The notes under the pieces: model-generated | The model's database searches: none | Seen by the model: only the letters and a program-made list of their open reading frames with translations | What the model was told of the DNA's origin: nothing | Translations under genes and position numbers: made by a program | Shown: positions 39,001 through 52,100 of the stretch, piece after piece | How the letters are laid out: every line of letters starts with the position of its first letter | Numbering within the stretch: position 1 is the first letter of the stretch | NCBI GenBank assembly: GCA_050273025.1 | Contig: CP158635.1 | Coordinates: 31,558,001-31,622,000, forward strand | Source: Cenococcum geophilum | Taxonomy: Eukaryota | Direction: 5' to 3' | DNA: 64,000 nucleotides

Positions 39001-42000
39001 TCTATTTTAATATCTCTATATAAAGCACGCCCCTAGTATATAGTCTAATATATCTATTTCTATAACTATCTCTAGTCCTAGTTAATAGATCTTAAGAACT
39101 GGCTCTTAGGTAAATAACTTTTTAATTTTCCTAAAGAGTTCCTTTTGTTCCTCTCCCTATGCCTATAGTTCTTCTTTCTTTATTAATCGCGTTAATAGCT
39201 TAATGTCCTTTAACCACTGTGCTATAAACCTTTTATAGTAATTGCAAAACCCTAGAAATAATCTTAACTATATAACATTCTCTAATTCTTGCTAATTTAC
39301 TATAGCCTTAATCTTTTTTAGATCTATACTAAGTTGGCCTAGTTTAATAATAAATCTAATAAAATTGGTCTTCCTAGTAAAGAACTTGTATTTTTTAATT
39401 GCTACTAGTATCTATTTTTCTTATAGTCTCTTTAAAACCTATTTAATGTATTCCCCGTATTCTTCCTTAGTTATTAAGTAGATAATAATATTATTAAGAT
39501 ATACCATAATAAATTTATCTAAGTATTCTCCTAATATATTATTAATACGCTTCTAAAATATTGCTAGTATGTTTATAAGCCTAAATTATATAACTAATGG
39601 TTTATATAGTCCTTCCTTTAACCTAAAGGCTGCTTTTTATTTATCGCCTTCCTTAATTCTAATTTAATAGTACGCCTATCTTAGGTCTATCTTTATAAAG
39701 ATTTGCGCGTTGCCTATTCTGTCTTAAATTTTACTAATTAAGGGTAAAGGATACCTATCCTTCCTAGTGATGCTGTTTAACTGTCTATAGTTAATAGACA
39801 GCCTTAGTTTGCTATTCTTCTTTAGTATAAATAGTACTAGATATCCCGCTAATAACTATAATGGTCTAATGTATTCCTTTTATAGATTTTCCTAAATAAA
39901 CTCTTTTAATGCTCTATCTTCTTCTTTAGTAAGCTTATAAATTAGAAAAAACTTTAGACTTATTCCTAGTTCTAACTCTATCTTATAGTCCTATACTATA
40001 TACTCTAATAGCTTTTTACTTTCTAGTGACTATAGTTTCTTACCATACTTATAGTATCTCTTTAGTATATAACTTAAGCCTCGCTTAGTCTCTTCGTATA
40101 TTACTCTAACTTAGTACTATACTAACTTAGCTTATTATTATATCTTGCGGCGTTAAGTATTTCTAATATTAACTTAACCTATAATCCAATTAATCTTTAG
40201 ATTATATTCCTGTAACTAAGGCATCCCTAATACTGCCTTATCCTATCCTAATAGTAGGATATTAAAAGACATCTTAATTTATCTCCCTTTAATAGTTAAC
40301 TAAATAGGTCCTATTTTTAGGTTAATAATCCCTCCTCCGTAGGCTATTAGATCTCCTAAAATTATAATTAATAGGTAAAGTTCCTCCTTTTATCTGTAAG
40401 GTAGTTCTATTTTTTTAACTATTACTAGCGAGATATAGTTCCTTATTACTCCACTATCTATTAATGCCTTAAACTGTTAATCTTGCTATTTAACTTATAA
40501 ATTTAGGTATTATTCTTAAATTCCTTTAAGGGTCTAAGGCTCTACTACTAGCTCCCTTTAGTCCTATAGGCCTCTACTTTTCCCAACTATTAGCTGCTTA
40601 ATCTTATTATACTTAGCTTACTCTTTAGCTAATGCCTAGTTCGCTTTTTATCTTTAATATACCATAGATATATATTCTTTAGGTATTCCCACTACTATTA
40701 TCCATTTAAGTATTCTTTTATAAGGAATCTTCCTGGTTAAAGTACTAAACTTCCTTTCTCTTAGACTTCTGCTAGATGCTATCTATGCATATATTTAGCA
40801 TTCCTGTACTATTACTTATCTATTATCCAGTATATCCTTATAGGGTATTTCCAATTCTTTTCTTTTAGATTCTTATATATCTTATATATATTATCCATAT
40901 ATATAATCTATAATAACGTATAATATGCTAGGTGCTTTAAATTAACTTTTAGCTTGTCTTTATCCCTAAGTTTAAACCTCTATTATACTAATCTAAATAT
41001 TATAACTTTATTTACAGGTACTAAGATATATCTCTCGCTTCTCTAGTCCTCTAAATATTCCTTTAGATCCTTTAACGTTATAATTAAGGCTCCTTTAATG
41101 TAAGTTATAGCCTTTTCTATAATTAGGTGGTCCTAGATAACTTTCTTATCTAATTATATATAGAAATCTTCCCACTTATTGTTGTGCCTTTGCCTATACT
41201 ACTTTTAGTATAGCTGCTAGAGTGTATATAGCTTGTCCGTAAGGAAGTATCTTCTTATTACTATATTATAATAGCCCTTTATATATTGTTTTTTGAACCT
41301 AGTTAGGATTTCTAGATCCTCTTTATTTTCTAGTTTAGTAAGCCACTTAGCTCTTAGTATGCCTACCCTAGGCCTATTAGTGATTCTTTATACTAGCGCT
41401 CTGTCCTTTATATATCCTAATATACTAGATTTCTTATCTAGTTTCTATTCTTGCTATGCGATAATTCTTTGCCTAAATTCTTCTATAGTTTCCTTTAGTT
41501 TGTGTCTTACGCTTAGATCTTTAAAGTCTTTATACTTCTTAATCTTGGTATTAACTTTTTAATCTTTAGTCTAAATACTGTGTTCTACTAGTAAATCTTC
41601 TAAGTTTATATATTTGTCTCCTAGTCTAATTGCTGTTTATACTATAAATTCTCTAATCTATAAAGAAGCTCCTTACCTCTTATTTATAGGTGTTCTAATT
41701 TATACCCCAAATTCTTAACCCTATAGATTCTTTAATCCTAAGCTTACTTCTAACTTAAGCTTAGCTCCAGCCTTAGTCTAACTAGGCTTACTTAGTGTTC
41801 TTATCTTATCTTAAAAGTCTTAAATCTCACTTATCTTATGCCTATAGGAATCTCCGTCCTAAGCTCATTTATATATCTTTAAACTAAGCTACTGCTCTGC
41901 TCTATTGGTTTTCGTCTATTATAGGTCCTTAAGCTTACCTTATTTTGTCTTAAGAATCTTAGTTGTCTTTTATCTTATCTTAAGAATCTTAAGCCTTTAG

Positions 42001-43990
42001 CCTTTTGCCTTTATTAAGTGCTAAAGTAGTTTGCTGTCCTACTTCTCTTGCGTTTTATAAAGCGATAGATATTATGTCTAGTGGGGTTTTAATCCCTACT
42101 AATGTTCCCTATTCTATAGTGGAATTATCCTCTACCTCTAGTATAATATCTTTAATAGCTGTGTGTTCCTAGTAACCCGCTCTTATTACCTTATTGTTAC
42201 AAAATGTTTCGCCTATATTAAATTTATTATCCTTAATATCCGATTTATAAACTAGTTTATTAGTTCCTCTATATTCTATAGGTGCTAGCTCTTATAGCCA
42301 ATAGCTTGCGCTATACTTAGCGTTCTTATAAATTTGGTATGCGTTATTATAACAAAACATAAAACTTTTAATTAAATATTCTTTTGTTCCTCGCAGTATA
42401 TTGTCGTCCCTCTATATATATATATCGTCTACTAGTCTTATACCTTTTACTATATAGTAACTCTACCTACTTCTATAGTCTCTAATATAATAACCCTATT
42501 TTCCGCAATTTATATAAGCTCCTTCTTTAAACGATTTTTCTTGCTATAGAGTCCGCCTAAATGTCTTTTGCTGTTAAGATCCCTAATTTAGCCTCTACTC
42601 CTTAGACCTTTAATTACTTAATCCTTATCCCCTAGGTTTCTATAGTTGCTTACTCTATCTCTTATAGGCTTCTCTAGTACTACTTAGGTCTATTAGCTCC
42701 GCGCTATACTATAGTTTCTAACTTAGCTTTTATTGTTGCGTACTCTGCGCCTTATATAACTATAAAACTCTATCCTAACCTCTCTTAGCCTGTTCCCTTT
42801 GGTAGATCTAATTATTAATCTTAATTACTTAATCTATTAGTTCCCTTAAGGTGTCCGTATCTTATATTAGGATAATCGCGTCCTAGACTTTAGCCTTAAG
42901 TCCCTATTTATACTGTGCTATAAGCGCCCTATTATTCTACTTAACTTATATTGCTAATATCTGGAACTATATTATATACTTAATTACTAAGGTTCATTAC
43001 GTAATATCTTAGAGTTTTCTTTCCGCCGTAGTTACTGCCTCTAGGTCTCCGAATATTTATATAAGTTACTTTATAAATTTATTTTAGCTTAAGAACATAA
43101 ACCGTACCTCTTAGTTTGTAGTTATTATTCTATTTGCCTAGATTTATATAAGGTAAGGCTTAAACTACTTAAGTGCTCTTCCTATTAAGAACAATCCTGC
43201 GTATACTATTTAATCTATAGGTATTACTAGCTTTGCTCCTTTCTGTGCTACCTTAAAGTATATTTATATAAGGAATCCTTTAAGCTTCGATCTCTTACCT
43301 AAGTATCTTTTAATTAATGGTAACTTAACCTTTGCTGCGCCTATCCCGTTAATCCTATTTTCCAATATTATATTATTTTCTATTAACTGGTTAACTATCT
43401 CTTGTAGCTGTCCGACCGTTATAGGTTGCTATAAGTTAGTATCTGCTATACTAGTATCGTTACCTAACCTTAATGTAGTTGCTGCCGTTAATGGCGTTAT
43501 AGTGGCTGCTTTTGGTAGCATATTATTTAACTTTCTATACTTAATACCGTAACTAGGTAGTAATTATGTAACGGAACCTTATAGTAGGAACTATAATGGG
43601 CTTATTATTAGGCTAGGTGTGTAGGTAATATAAGTTAAAGTTAACAACATAATAATAATTGGTAGAGTAGTTGCCTAACAGATTAACTCTAATTATATTC
43701 TGAGAATTACTATAAGGAAGGAACTATCTAGGTAGGGACTAAGGGTCCTTAAATACACAACCGTACTCCTATAAAATCCTTCTTATATATAATATCCGTG
43801 TGCTTTATCTACTCTATTATAGATTATATAGATTATATAGATTATACAGATTACATTATGTGACCTTGGTTACTATTCCTTGTCATATAGTTCTATCGGC
43901 TCCATTCTGGACTATACTTGTATTAACCAACTAGCTTCTTCCGTCTCTTCTCTAAGTAGTCGTAATATTGTACTTAAAGCGTCCGTAACA
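36031..43990 (-). mobile_element. Gypsy A, copy 2 (full length, RIPped)
   Basis: 424-bp LTRs at 36031-36454 and 43567-43990. TSD ttcta at 36026-36030 and 43991-43995. Reverse-complement collinear with A1. Confidence 0.95.
36563..37230 (+). pseudogene. Antisense accessory ORF of A2 (Zn2Cys6-like plus coiled-coil)
   Basis: A1/A2 consensus MPKAISSS..RRIRTVAAILSLGEIMPSPCSRCxxEGLV(C)..PSS(C)xECTKANIxxS(C)xVRSVS. A putative intron at 36792-36846 is followed by W..LDNELS..LRRSWDA..ARLIRLxKVRKKVR.KEQKL.EQGLQEL. Confidence 0.65.
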
Positions 43991-45827
43991 TTCTACGGAA
44001 CTATACTAAAACACTAAATTACCTATAATACTTGTGATTAATTATAGACTAGCATAAAGGATTAGAAGCAGAGTTGTATAAAAATCCCTATATTAGCCTA
44101 GGTAGTCACTAGCATGCTTTTAGTAAGCTTTTAATAGGTCTCCTAGCAATCCTTACGTCTTTTCTCTAGTTATATTTTTTCCTTATTAAGGTTTTTTAGG
44201 AGTTTAAAGTAGGGGTTAGATAGATAGATAATATATAGCGTTATACCAACACCTCTCTAATATCTCTCCGAACTTCTTCTAGGACAAGCCCTTATAATCT
44301 CCTTACTATAAGGTAATAGCGATTAGGGGCCGACTATAAGAAGGGGGGGGGGTAATATAAGGGATATTATTGCGGACACCTTAGGTTGCCCTTAGGACAA
44401 CCCCTAGACGCCCCTTGGTTGCCGGTTATGTACTAAAGGCACGTGCCTATAGTATATAGTCTCCACAATCCTAAAGGCCTTACCTCCTTAAGGATTTGTC
44501 TCTCTTACCAATCTATTCTGTTCCACAATTATATCCTTATAGCCCCCTATCTATAAAATCCCCTTATAACTAAGTAGAGATTTTTGAAGACTAAACTACT
44601 ACCTTATCCCCTAAAAAATAAATACTACTAGAACCTTAAGCCCCCTATATATACTTACTTAACCTAGGTTAACGAATAAAATACCTAACCCTAAGTTATT
44701 TACTATATATATATATAACTACATATATAATAGCTAAGGGCGTTATAGCTAAGACCGAAACTAGAGTAATTAAGACCTCCCCCCTATAACGCCTAACCTT
44801 ATACCTATCTCCTACGCGTACTATATAGAGCCGCCGCCTTATTCCCCTCCCCCCCCCCCCCCTAGGCTAACTAAGCTATATTAGCCTAGCTATAGCACTA
44901 AAAAACTAAATACGCCCTAATCTAAATAATATTAGATACACTTATACCGTTAATTTTACCTAGTTCTGTAAATAAAAAGACGTAAAGGTAATAAGGATCT
45001 ATATAGCGGAACTAGTAGAACTAGTTAAATAAGAAAAGTATTAATAGCTGCTTAAGGAGCTGCCTATAGGCCTAATAGAAATACTAAACCTATTAAAAGA
45101 TCTTTTCGCCGGCTAGTAAAAGGCGATTATATAATAGACGAAGCCCGTAAAGCGCTACCCCCTTATTTTTATAACTTCCTTAAAATAAACCTAAAAATAA
45201 AGTCTAAGTCTCTACGCTAAAAGATAGTTAATACTAATATTAAGAAATTTCTAAAAGATAAACTAGGATTAACCTATAAAGATATTTTATAATACTTACT
45301 AAAAGAGTTTCGCGAATATATTAAACACTTTCTCCCTAAAAATATAGATAAGCTGCCCCCTTACTAACTATAGGACCATAAAATTAAGATTATACCCAAA
45401 AAGTAGGCCCTATATTATAAAAATAGACTACTCTTACCTACTAAACTTAGTTGCGTAAAGAAGTGGATTAACAAGATATTAGATAAGGGTTTTATCTATA
45501 AATTAACCTTACTAGCTACCGTACTACTCCTTCTTACTATAAACCTAGCGGTGGTATATAAATCTACTATAACTACTAAGGCCTAAATATAGTTACTATT
45601 AAGAATTAGTATTTACTACTACTAGTCCATAAGACACTTAACGCACTTTATAGTACTAAGTACTTTACTAAGCTTAATATAATTACTATATTTAACTAGA
45701 GCTAGATTACGGAAGGCCATAAGTAGCTTATAATATTTATTACCCAGTTTAGGCTTTATAAAATATTAGTTATACTATTTAGTCTTTATAACGCACCCGC
45801 TATATTTTAAAACTATATTAACTATAT

Positions 45828-45912
45828 GCCCGCGAAGCCCTACTGCACGCGTCCACGTCGCCGCGGGTGGAAACATCATCAGGAAATCGTTCCTTTTGAT
45901 GGCTAAGTGCAG
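45828..45912 (+). ncRNA. HDV-like (nested double pseudoknot) self-cleaving ribozyme at the LINE 5' end
   Basis: P1 GCCCGCG/CGCGGGT (G1-U wobble); P2 CTGCAC/GTGCAG; P3 GCG/CGC; L3 TCCACGT with CC pairing to GG (P1.1); P4 CATCA..AGGAA/TTCCT..TGATG; J4/2 GCTAA with the putative catalytic C at 45903. Confidence 0.9.
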
Positions 45913-46250
45913 AGGCGATGGTAGGGAGCCGCCGCAGCGCATGCAGCGCTGTCGTCGCGGTTCTGTGGTGTTGAGCTCGCGACGCGTACGAAGCATCGCC
46001 CCTAATACTACCAGGAGCCTCACTGCCTCCGCTTAAGGCTCCTGCTCTACCACCTAGGGAGGCCTATTAAGGGAAACTGGGATACGAAAACCACCCAATA
46101 TACGACTACCTAGCTCGTAGCCAGGCCCGAAACTGGCCTTATTATCAGCTAGTCAACGTAGACGCGTCCTAGTCGTATAACAGGACACCCTTGGGCTTGC
46201 ACTAGCTCTAAGATCGCAAGACGAGGGCGTAGGGAAACCCTTTTTTATAA

Positions 46251-46360
46251 GAACTTGTTAAGGTTAACGCGTCGCAGATACCTCATACGAAACTTATTAA
46301 GGCCCCAAGGCCACCGCGAAGAACTTGTTAAGGCCCTGCCTAGAGAACTCGTTAAGGCCC
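46251..46360 (+). repeat. Four dispersed copies of gaacttgttaagg in the LINE leader
   Basis: Seen at ~46251, ~46290, 46321 and 46345. Confidence 0.75.
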
Positions 46361-46440
46361 CTCTACGAGGGTCTATCTGGTACCCAGGTGACTTAAAAGA
46401 GGGTCTTAATAGGCGTGGTGCGCGCGACCTGGACGATAGT

Positions 46441-46476
46441 GACGCGACGGCGACGCGACGGCGACGCGACGGCGAC
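46441..46476 (+). repeat. 11-bp tandem repeat (gacgcgacggc) x3
   Basis: Direct inspection. Confidence 0.9.
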
Positions 46477-47017
46477 CAGACGGCCCAACGAGGTGGAAAC
46501 ACGGGCAAAGCTCTAGGCAGCGGAAACACAGGCCAGCTTCGACGGCCCCATAGCGTCAAAAGGCGACTCATAGGAGGGTCTTAATAGGCGTGGTGCACGT
46601 AACCTGACGTATACGCAAATGCATATATATATGGGGGAGGCTGTAGGGGAAACATAGGCCAGTTGGACGAGGTCTCGACGGTTAGAGACATAGGCTAGCT
46701 TATAATAAGGGGGGATATAAGCTTAGTTAGTAGAATAGGGTAAGGTAGGTCGCCTGGCACGGGACCTAGTCTATAACCTATTCTGTAAGACACGGTCGGC
46801 CTGTTATGAGGAGACTCTTACAGGCAACGCGAAATAGGAATTAAAACCTCCCGCGGGGCGTAGTGTATAGTAGCTACTGCTGGCTCTAGGGACCTTACCC
46901 CTTAGCTGGGCTCTGACCCCTAGTGTACCTAGTAGGTAGGTAGGATCACGTCCTGGCCGGAGAGACTACTACGTGGCTCGAGAGAACGGATGCGCGTGTC
47001 GGTGTACTAATAGATAG

Positions 47018-47164
47018 GACTGTTTGCTAGGGCAGTACGACTGCTCGCCAGGGCAGTATAACTGCTCGCTAGGGCAGTACGACTGCTCGCCAGGGCAGTA
47101 TAACTGCTCGCTAGGGCAGTACGACTGCTCGCTAGGGCAGTACGACTGCTCGCTAGGGCAGTAC
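47018..47164 (+). repeat. 21-bp tandem repeat x7 (gactgctcgctagggcagtac), each unit a potential hairpin
   Basis: Seven contiguous units; ACTGCTC can pair with GGGCAGT around a 4-nt loop. Confidence 0.95.
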
Positions 47165-47676
47165 GCTAGTGAGGTACGCTTAAGGAGCAAACAGGAGTTA
47201 CTTAGGCGGGAGAGGTTTTGGCTAGGCCTCGACCGTAGAAGGTATACCTAGCTACATTGCAGGATGCAGCCACGACGCCCTTGTAGGATTACGCTAGTAG
47301 GCGCGTAAGACGGGAGTTGCGACCCCTGTAAATGGTAGCTTATACCCGCGCTGGCGGAAATAATAAAGAGAAGCGTAAAACTAGAGGCTATGGAAGGCTC
47401 CTAAGCCGTGCGAAAGCGTACCAACTCTAGAAGGAAACTCTTATATAGACCGCGGGGGGGCGGACTAGTACTTGGGCTAATCCCGTTATAAGATATCTGA
47501 AAGAACTGGTGAGAATCCCCGTATTAGGTAGTGGCAGCCAACTGCTTATAGACTAGGACTAAAGTACTAGAAAACTAGGGTAGAGGCCTAAATAAGTAGG
47601 CATGTTGAACTCTACTATATTACTAGCTAATATATAACTACCTGCCTATAAAACCACGCCGCCCCCTATTTAGAGC

Positions 47677-49173
47677 ATGGGGGACGACGGAGGGGCGTAG
47701 GCTCCCCGCCGGAGTCGCGAGAGTCGCGACGCGCGGGAGCCGAACTACGAACTAGGTGGGTAATAACGCGAAAAGGACAGCTGCCAGTAATGGCAAAAAC
47801 TAAAGTAAATACTTGAATAAATTAAAGATGATCTTATAAAAGAGGAGGAAGAAACTCTACGGCACTAAATACTTACCTCTGTTTAAGAGGTAATATAGCA
47901 TATTAAAGCCCTCTTAACGCGTCCAGTCCCCTAAATAACCTAAGAATAAGAGACTAAGGCCTAGCTTAACCAAATTAAAGCTAGTATTAAGAAAATCTAA
48001 AAAGAAACGCGTAAAGGAGGACCCTTAGACCTAGGAGTTCCCCTAGTACAGGTCTAAACCTAGGTAGCTATTGCTGCGCAGGCGGCCTGTATAGTAAACG
48101 TAGTTGCGGCACCATAGAGAGCGAGTGTACGCGTCTGGCTTAAGGAGCCCTAGGGCTATAAACTAGGGGAGCTTCTTAAGACTATTTAGAGAATAATACT
48201 AAGTATATACGCTGTACGCACCCTTAATAGTGGGGACGTAGATATCTATATTCCCTCCTAAATAATAAAGGACTAAATCCTAAACGGGTCAGACGCGCTA
48301 GGACTTAGGATATTAAGGAAAGATTATCTCTTAGAAGTACCGGGAGTCCCGCTTAAGACTCTAATTAATAGTAAAAGGGACGTAGATAATTTGGAATTAA
48401 CTTAATCTATTTATAAAGCTATAAAGCGCCTTGTGCCTAGGATAGCTATTAACTAAATCCGATAGCTACACGACCCTAAAGCGTAGGTAAAACGCTAGGC
48501 AAACTCTAGTAGCGCCTAAAGAGAACCTAAGAAGACCAGGGGAATAATTATAATTAGCGTCCTAACCTAAGCAATTTAGTAAAAGATCGTGAAAAGTAGG
48601 ATAGTTATTAAATCCTAGCTTTTTAAGACTAGGTTATTTGAGAATAGCGTAATTATAAAGTAATACTACTGCTGTAATTAATGGGGGTATATATAAAGCG
48701 CATGCGGAAAGTAAATAAAATGTAGGTAATATGCGGGACTATATAACACTATAGATTGCCCTAAGAAAAGGGTATCCTGTATTAACTGCGGTAAAGCCTA
48801 TAAAGTATAGTAAAGAAAAGAGTGTAGGACCTTTTAAAGCTACCTTAAAGGTATCTAAATAAAGAGGATAGCCCTTTTAACGCAGTTGCTCCGTATACGA
48901 GAAGCCGCAGAAATAATATACTAACCCTTAATACTAGGAAACCTTATAATTAGCACTAATAAAAAAAGAGGATGGGAAATGTCTTACCTAGGGACCTAAG
49001 AATAACTACTTAAACGGGGACTAGGTAAACTATCTTTTATTAAAATAGTAAGCAGAGATAGATTATAATTAAGGCTCTGGCTTCACGCTAATAGAGCAAT
49101 AATAGTTAATAGCGAAAATGATAAGGAATAGGACACAGATATAGATAAGCCCACACCTACTTTAAATGAGTAA
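47677..49173 (+). pseudogene. LINE ORF1 (gag-like nucleic-acid-binding protein)
   Basis: ATG 47677, coiled-coil-like N-terminus, three knuckles at ~48660-48830 (de-RIP CxxCxQWGHxxSAC, CxQCAGxHxTxDC, CxNCGKAHKxW...C). Confidence 0.8.
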
Positions 49174-52100
49174 GTGTATAATTATCTAGTATAACTGCGG
49201 AAATATAAACTAAGGGGCGTGTCGCCCCTTCTTTGATAGTGTTACGCCGGCGGACCACTAGGTCCTCGCAATTTAGAAGCCGGTATATAATAGATATACT
49301 AAATTAATATACTGCCCTAGGGGATTTATACTTATATATAACGCTCTCCCTATAATAAAGGTCTACTTTATAATTAGCTGGAATATTAACGCCGCGTATT
49401 GGAAGCGCAGATAGTACGGCCCTTTTACTATAGCCCTCTGGGTACGCCTAAAGGGGCTAAAGGCTATAATTATTAATATCTATAACCCGCGCAAAGATGG
49501 CCCTTAGATTAGGGCATGGCCTAAGGTTAAAATGGCTATTAAGGAAGCTAAGGGAGAAATTATACTCTTAGGTAACTTTAACGCCTATTACCTAATATAG
49601 GGCGGAAAGTATATAGCTAGCAAAGAGCAAGCGGAATTCCTTTTAGCCGAAACTGATGCTAGAGGCCTGGTACTCGCTATATTAAAAGGAGAGCCTATAT
49701 AGAAAAGAGGGTAATAGGAGAGTGTAATAGACCTTATGTTTATATCACTAGATCTATATAGAAAAGTTAACTTTTATAGTATAGTTAAGGAATGGGCCCT
49801 TATAAGAGACTATATACCGATCCGTATTTAAATTAATAACGCTAGCTGTTCGCTAGTGGAACGCCAGCGCCTCGCCCTTAAGAAGCTAAACTTATAGGGC
49901 TTTCTCTAAAGCATCTAGGAGCTTAACTAGACTATATCTAAAGATCCCTTTTAAGCCCTTTAGGAAGGGATTAAGTAAGCACTTAAAGAATACTGCCTAT
50001 AAGTATAGCCTAGCCGGTAGGCCTATTAAGAATAGTTGCTATAGGCTATATAGCTCTACGCCGGCGCCTAATAGGCGTAATAATAGCTCTAAGCTTATAA
50101 CAACCCCGAGGACCACTAAAGATATTTAGTATTAAATAATTAACTGTAAAAAGAGACTAGGAGAGTTAGTTATAATAACTAAAGACGCTTTATTTATAAA
50201 CTTACTAAAGACTAGTTAAAACTATATAATAAGGGACTTTAGACTTTATTAAAATGGAGCAGAAAAGTAAGCGTAGCGAAGGCGGACCCCTATCTACTAA
50301 ACCTTAGGAGGTCTACTAAGGATCCCTTAATAGATAATAATATTATAAAGGCTGATATCCTTATAGCTAAGTTCTTTTTTAAAACTGGAATAGTAGACCT
50401 TAGCGATATGGAGACAATAAGGGAACAAAATGTGCTTAATATTAGCCCTACTATCTTAATAGAAGAAATCGGTAAGCTTATTAGGAGTCTTCTAAATAGA
50501 AAAGCCCTAGGGCTAGATGGCATACTAAATAAGGTCCTTAAAGTAGTTGCCCTAGTTATTATAAAAGATTTAGCAGAAGCAGCTAGCCATTGCTTTACTA
50601 GCGGAATAATACTCAAAAGCCTTAAAGAATCCATAACTATAGTGTTATATAAAGAAGGAAAGAAAGACTACTCTCTCCTAGGTAGCTATAGACTAATTAC
50701 CCTTAAAAATACGCTAGTAAAAGTCCTAGAAAAGTATGTAGCTAATATTATATCTAAGGCTGTAGAGGAGTATAGGCTACTCCCTTAGAACCAGATGGGA
50801 GTAAGGCGTAAATAATCTATACTATTAGCGGTAGGACTGCTTAGCTTTTATATATAGACAGCATAGCAAACGCGCCGCGGGTGTATAGTGTTAATGCTAA
50901 GCCTAGACTTAGTAGGGGCATTTAATAACGTCTCCTATAAAAGGCTCCTCTATATTCTAAAAAGAAAAGGCTTTTTAAAGTGGCTTATAGACTTTGTATA
51001 AAGCTTCCTAATAGTATATAAAACCCGTATTAAGTTTATAGGATATAAAAGCAACTAGATTTAGACACAGATAGGCATCCTCTAGGGATTACCCTTATTA
51101 CTAATCTTATTCCTCTTTTTTATATTAGAGCTGTTAGAGAAATTTTAGTGCCCCAATAGCGGTACGCTGGGGTTTAGCTTTATAGATAATATAAACCTTA
51201 TTACCTAGGGGGACTCCGCGGCAGAGAACTGTTGATAATTGGAGGCCGCCTATAACTACTACGCTATATGGGCAAATTGATATGGGGCGGCGTTCGCCCC
51301 TAAGAAGTACTAGCTTATGCACTTCATAAGGCGACGGCGCCACGCCACCGTAGACCTTGCGTCTACCATGCGTATTGCTAGCTGCGAGACAGCCCCCTAA
51401 AAAACCAGCATGCGAGTCCTAGGGATTTAGGTAGACCCTAAGCTCTAATAAAAAGAATAGGTTAAAAAGGCCGCAAGTAAGGGCTTAGTAGCCTTTAAAG
51501 CGATATTAAGGATTACCGCGTTTATATAGGGCCCATTAATGCGCCGCTTACGCCCCCTATATACAGCTACCGTTTAACTAGTAATGCTGTATAGCGCCTA
51601 AGTGTGGGGAGTACGGGACAACGGCGGAACGCTAGTGAAAAGCTTGCTTAAACTACTATAGAAAGTCCAGAACTAGTATCTCCGTAGGGTTATAGGGGCA
51701 TACCAGCGAATACTAATAGCTGCAATAGAGAAGGAAGCGGCTATTCCCCCAATCTAACTCTATATTAAAATGACAGCCCTTTAAAGAGCTACTAAGACGG
51801 CCTCTAATAGAGTAGAAAAGGAATTAGTAGAGGCACTTAACGGTATCTAGAATATATTAGTAAAGCGCCGGCAAAAAATAAAACGGCTACTAGTACTATT
51901 AGAAGCGCTTAGGGAACGCGTAAAGGACTATAAAAATAAGATATAAGGCTTTCTCGCGTACTAGAAGGACTATATAGAGCAGAAAGCTATAATAAACCCC
52001 TATAAGCGTGGCTAGCGGAACGCCGGTAAAGTATAGGCGGAGCGCCGCTACCGTATAGGAGGTTACCAGCACTAAAGGCAGGCAATTACCTTTATCGCGA

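Larger units (their letters stand above)
27698..44568 (+). mobile_element. Ty3/Gypsy chromovirus-like LTR retrotransposon F (~8.9 kb without A2)
   Basis: LTRs at 27698-27914 and 44356-44568 (4-bp indel). TSD actaa at 27693-27697 and 44569-44573. G-rich PPT at ~44338-44352. Confidence 0.93.

Noticed and set aside
5606..41562. Small track ORFs at 5606, 25014, 29786, 33133 and 41293
   Set aside because: Chance antisense frames within RIPped gag/pol. Their I/L/Y/S-rich composition reflects AT bias.
47018..47164. CRISPR-like array
   Set aside because: The units are contiguous with no unique spacers, there are no cas genes, and the context is a eukaryotic TE.
45775..47251. Track ORFs at 45775, 46245, 46255, 46969 and 47024 as real genes
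   Set aside because: Short frames in GC-rich or tandem-repeat leader sequence with no recognisable domain. One crosses the D1/LINE junction.
50290..51343. Minus-strand ORFs 50290-50634 and 51134-51343
   Set aside because: Shadows of LINE ORF2 on the opposite strand.
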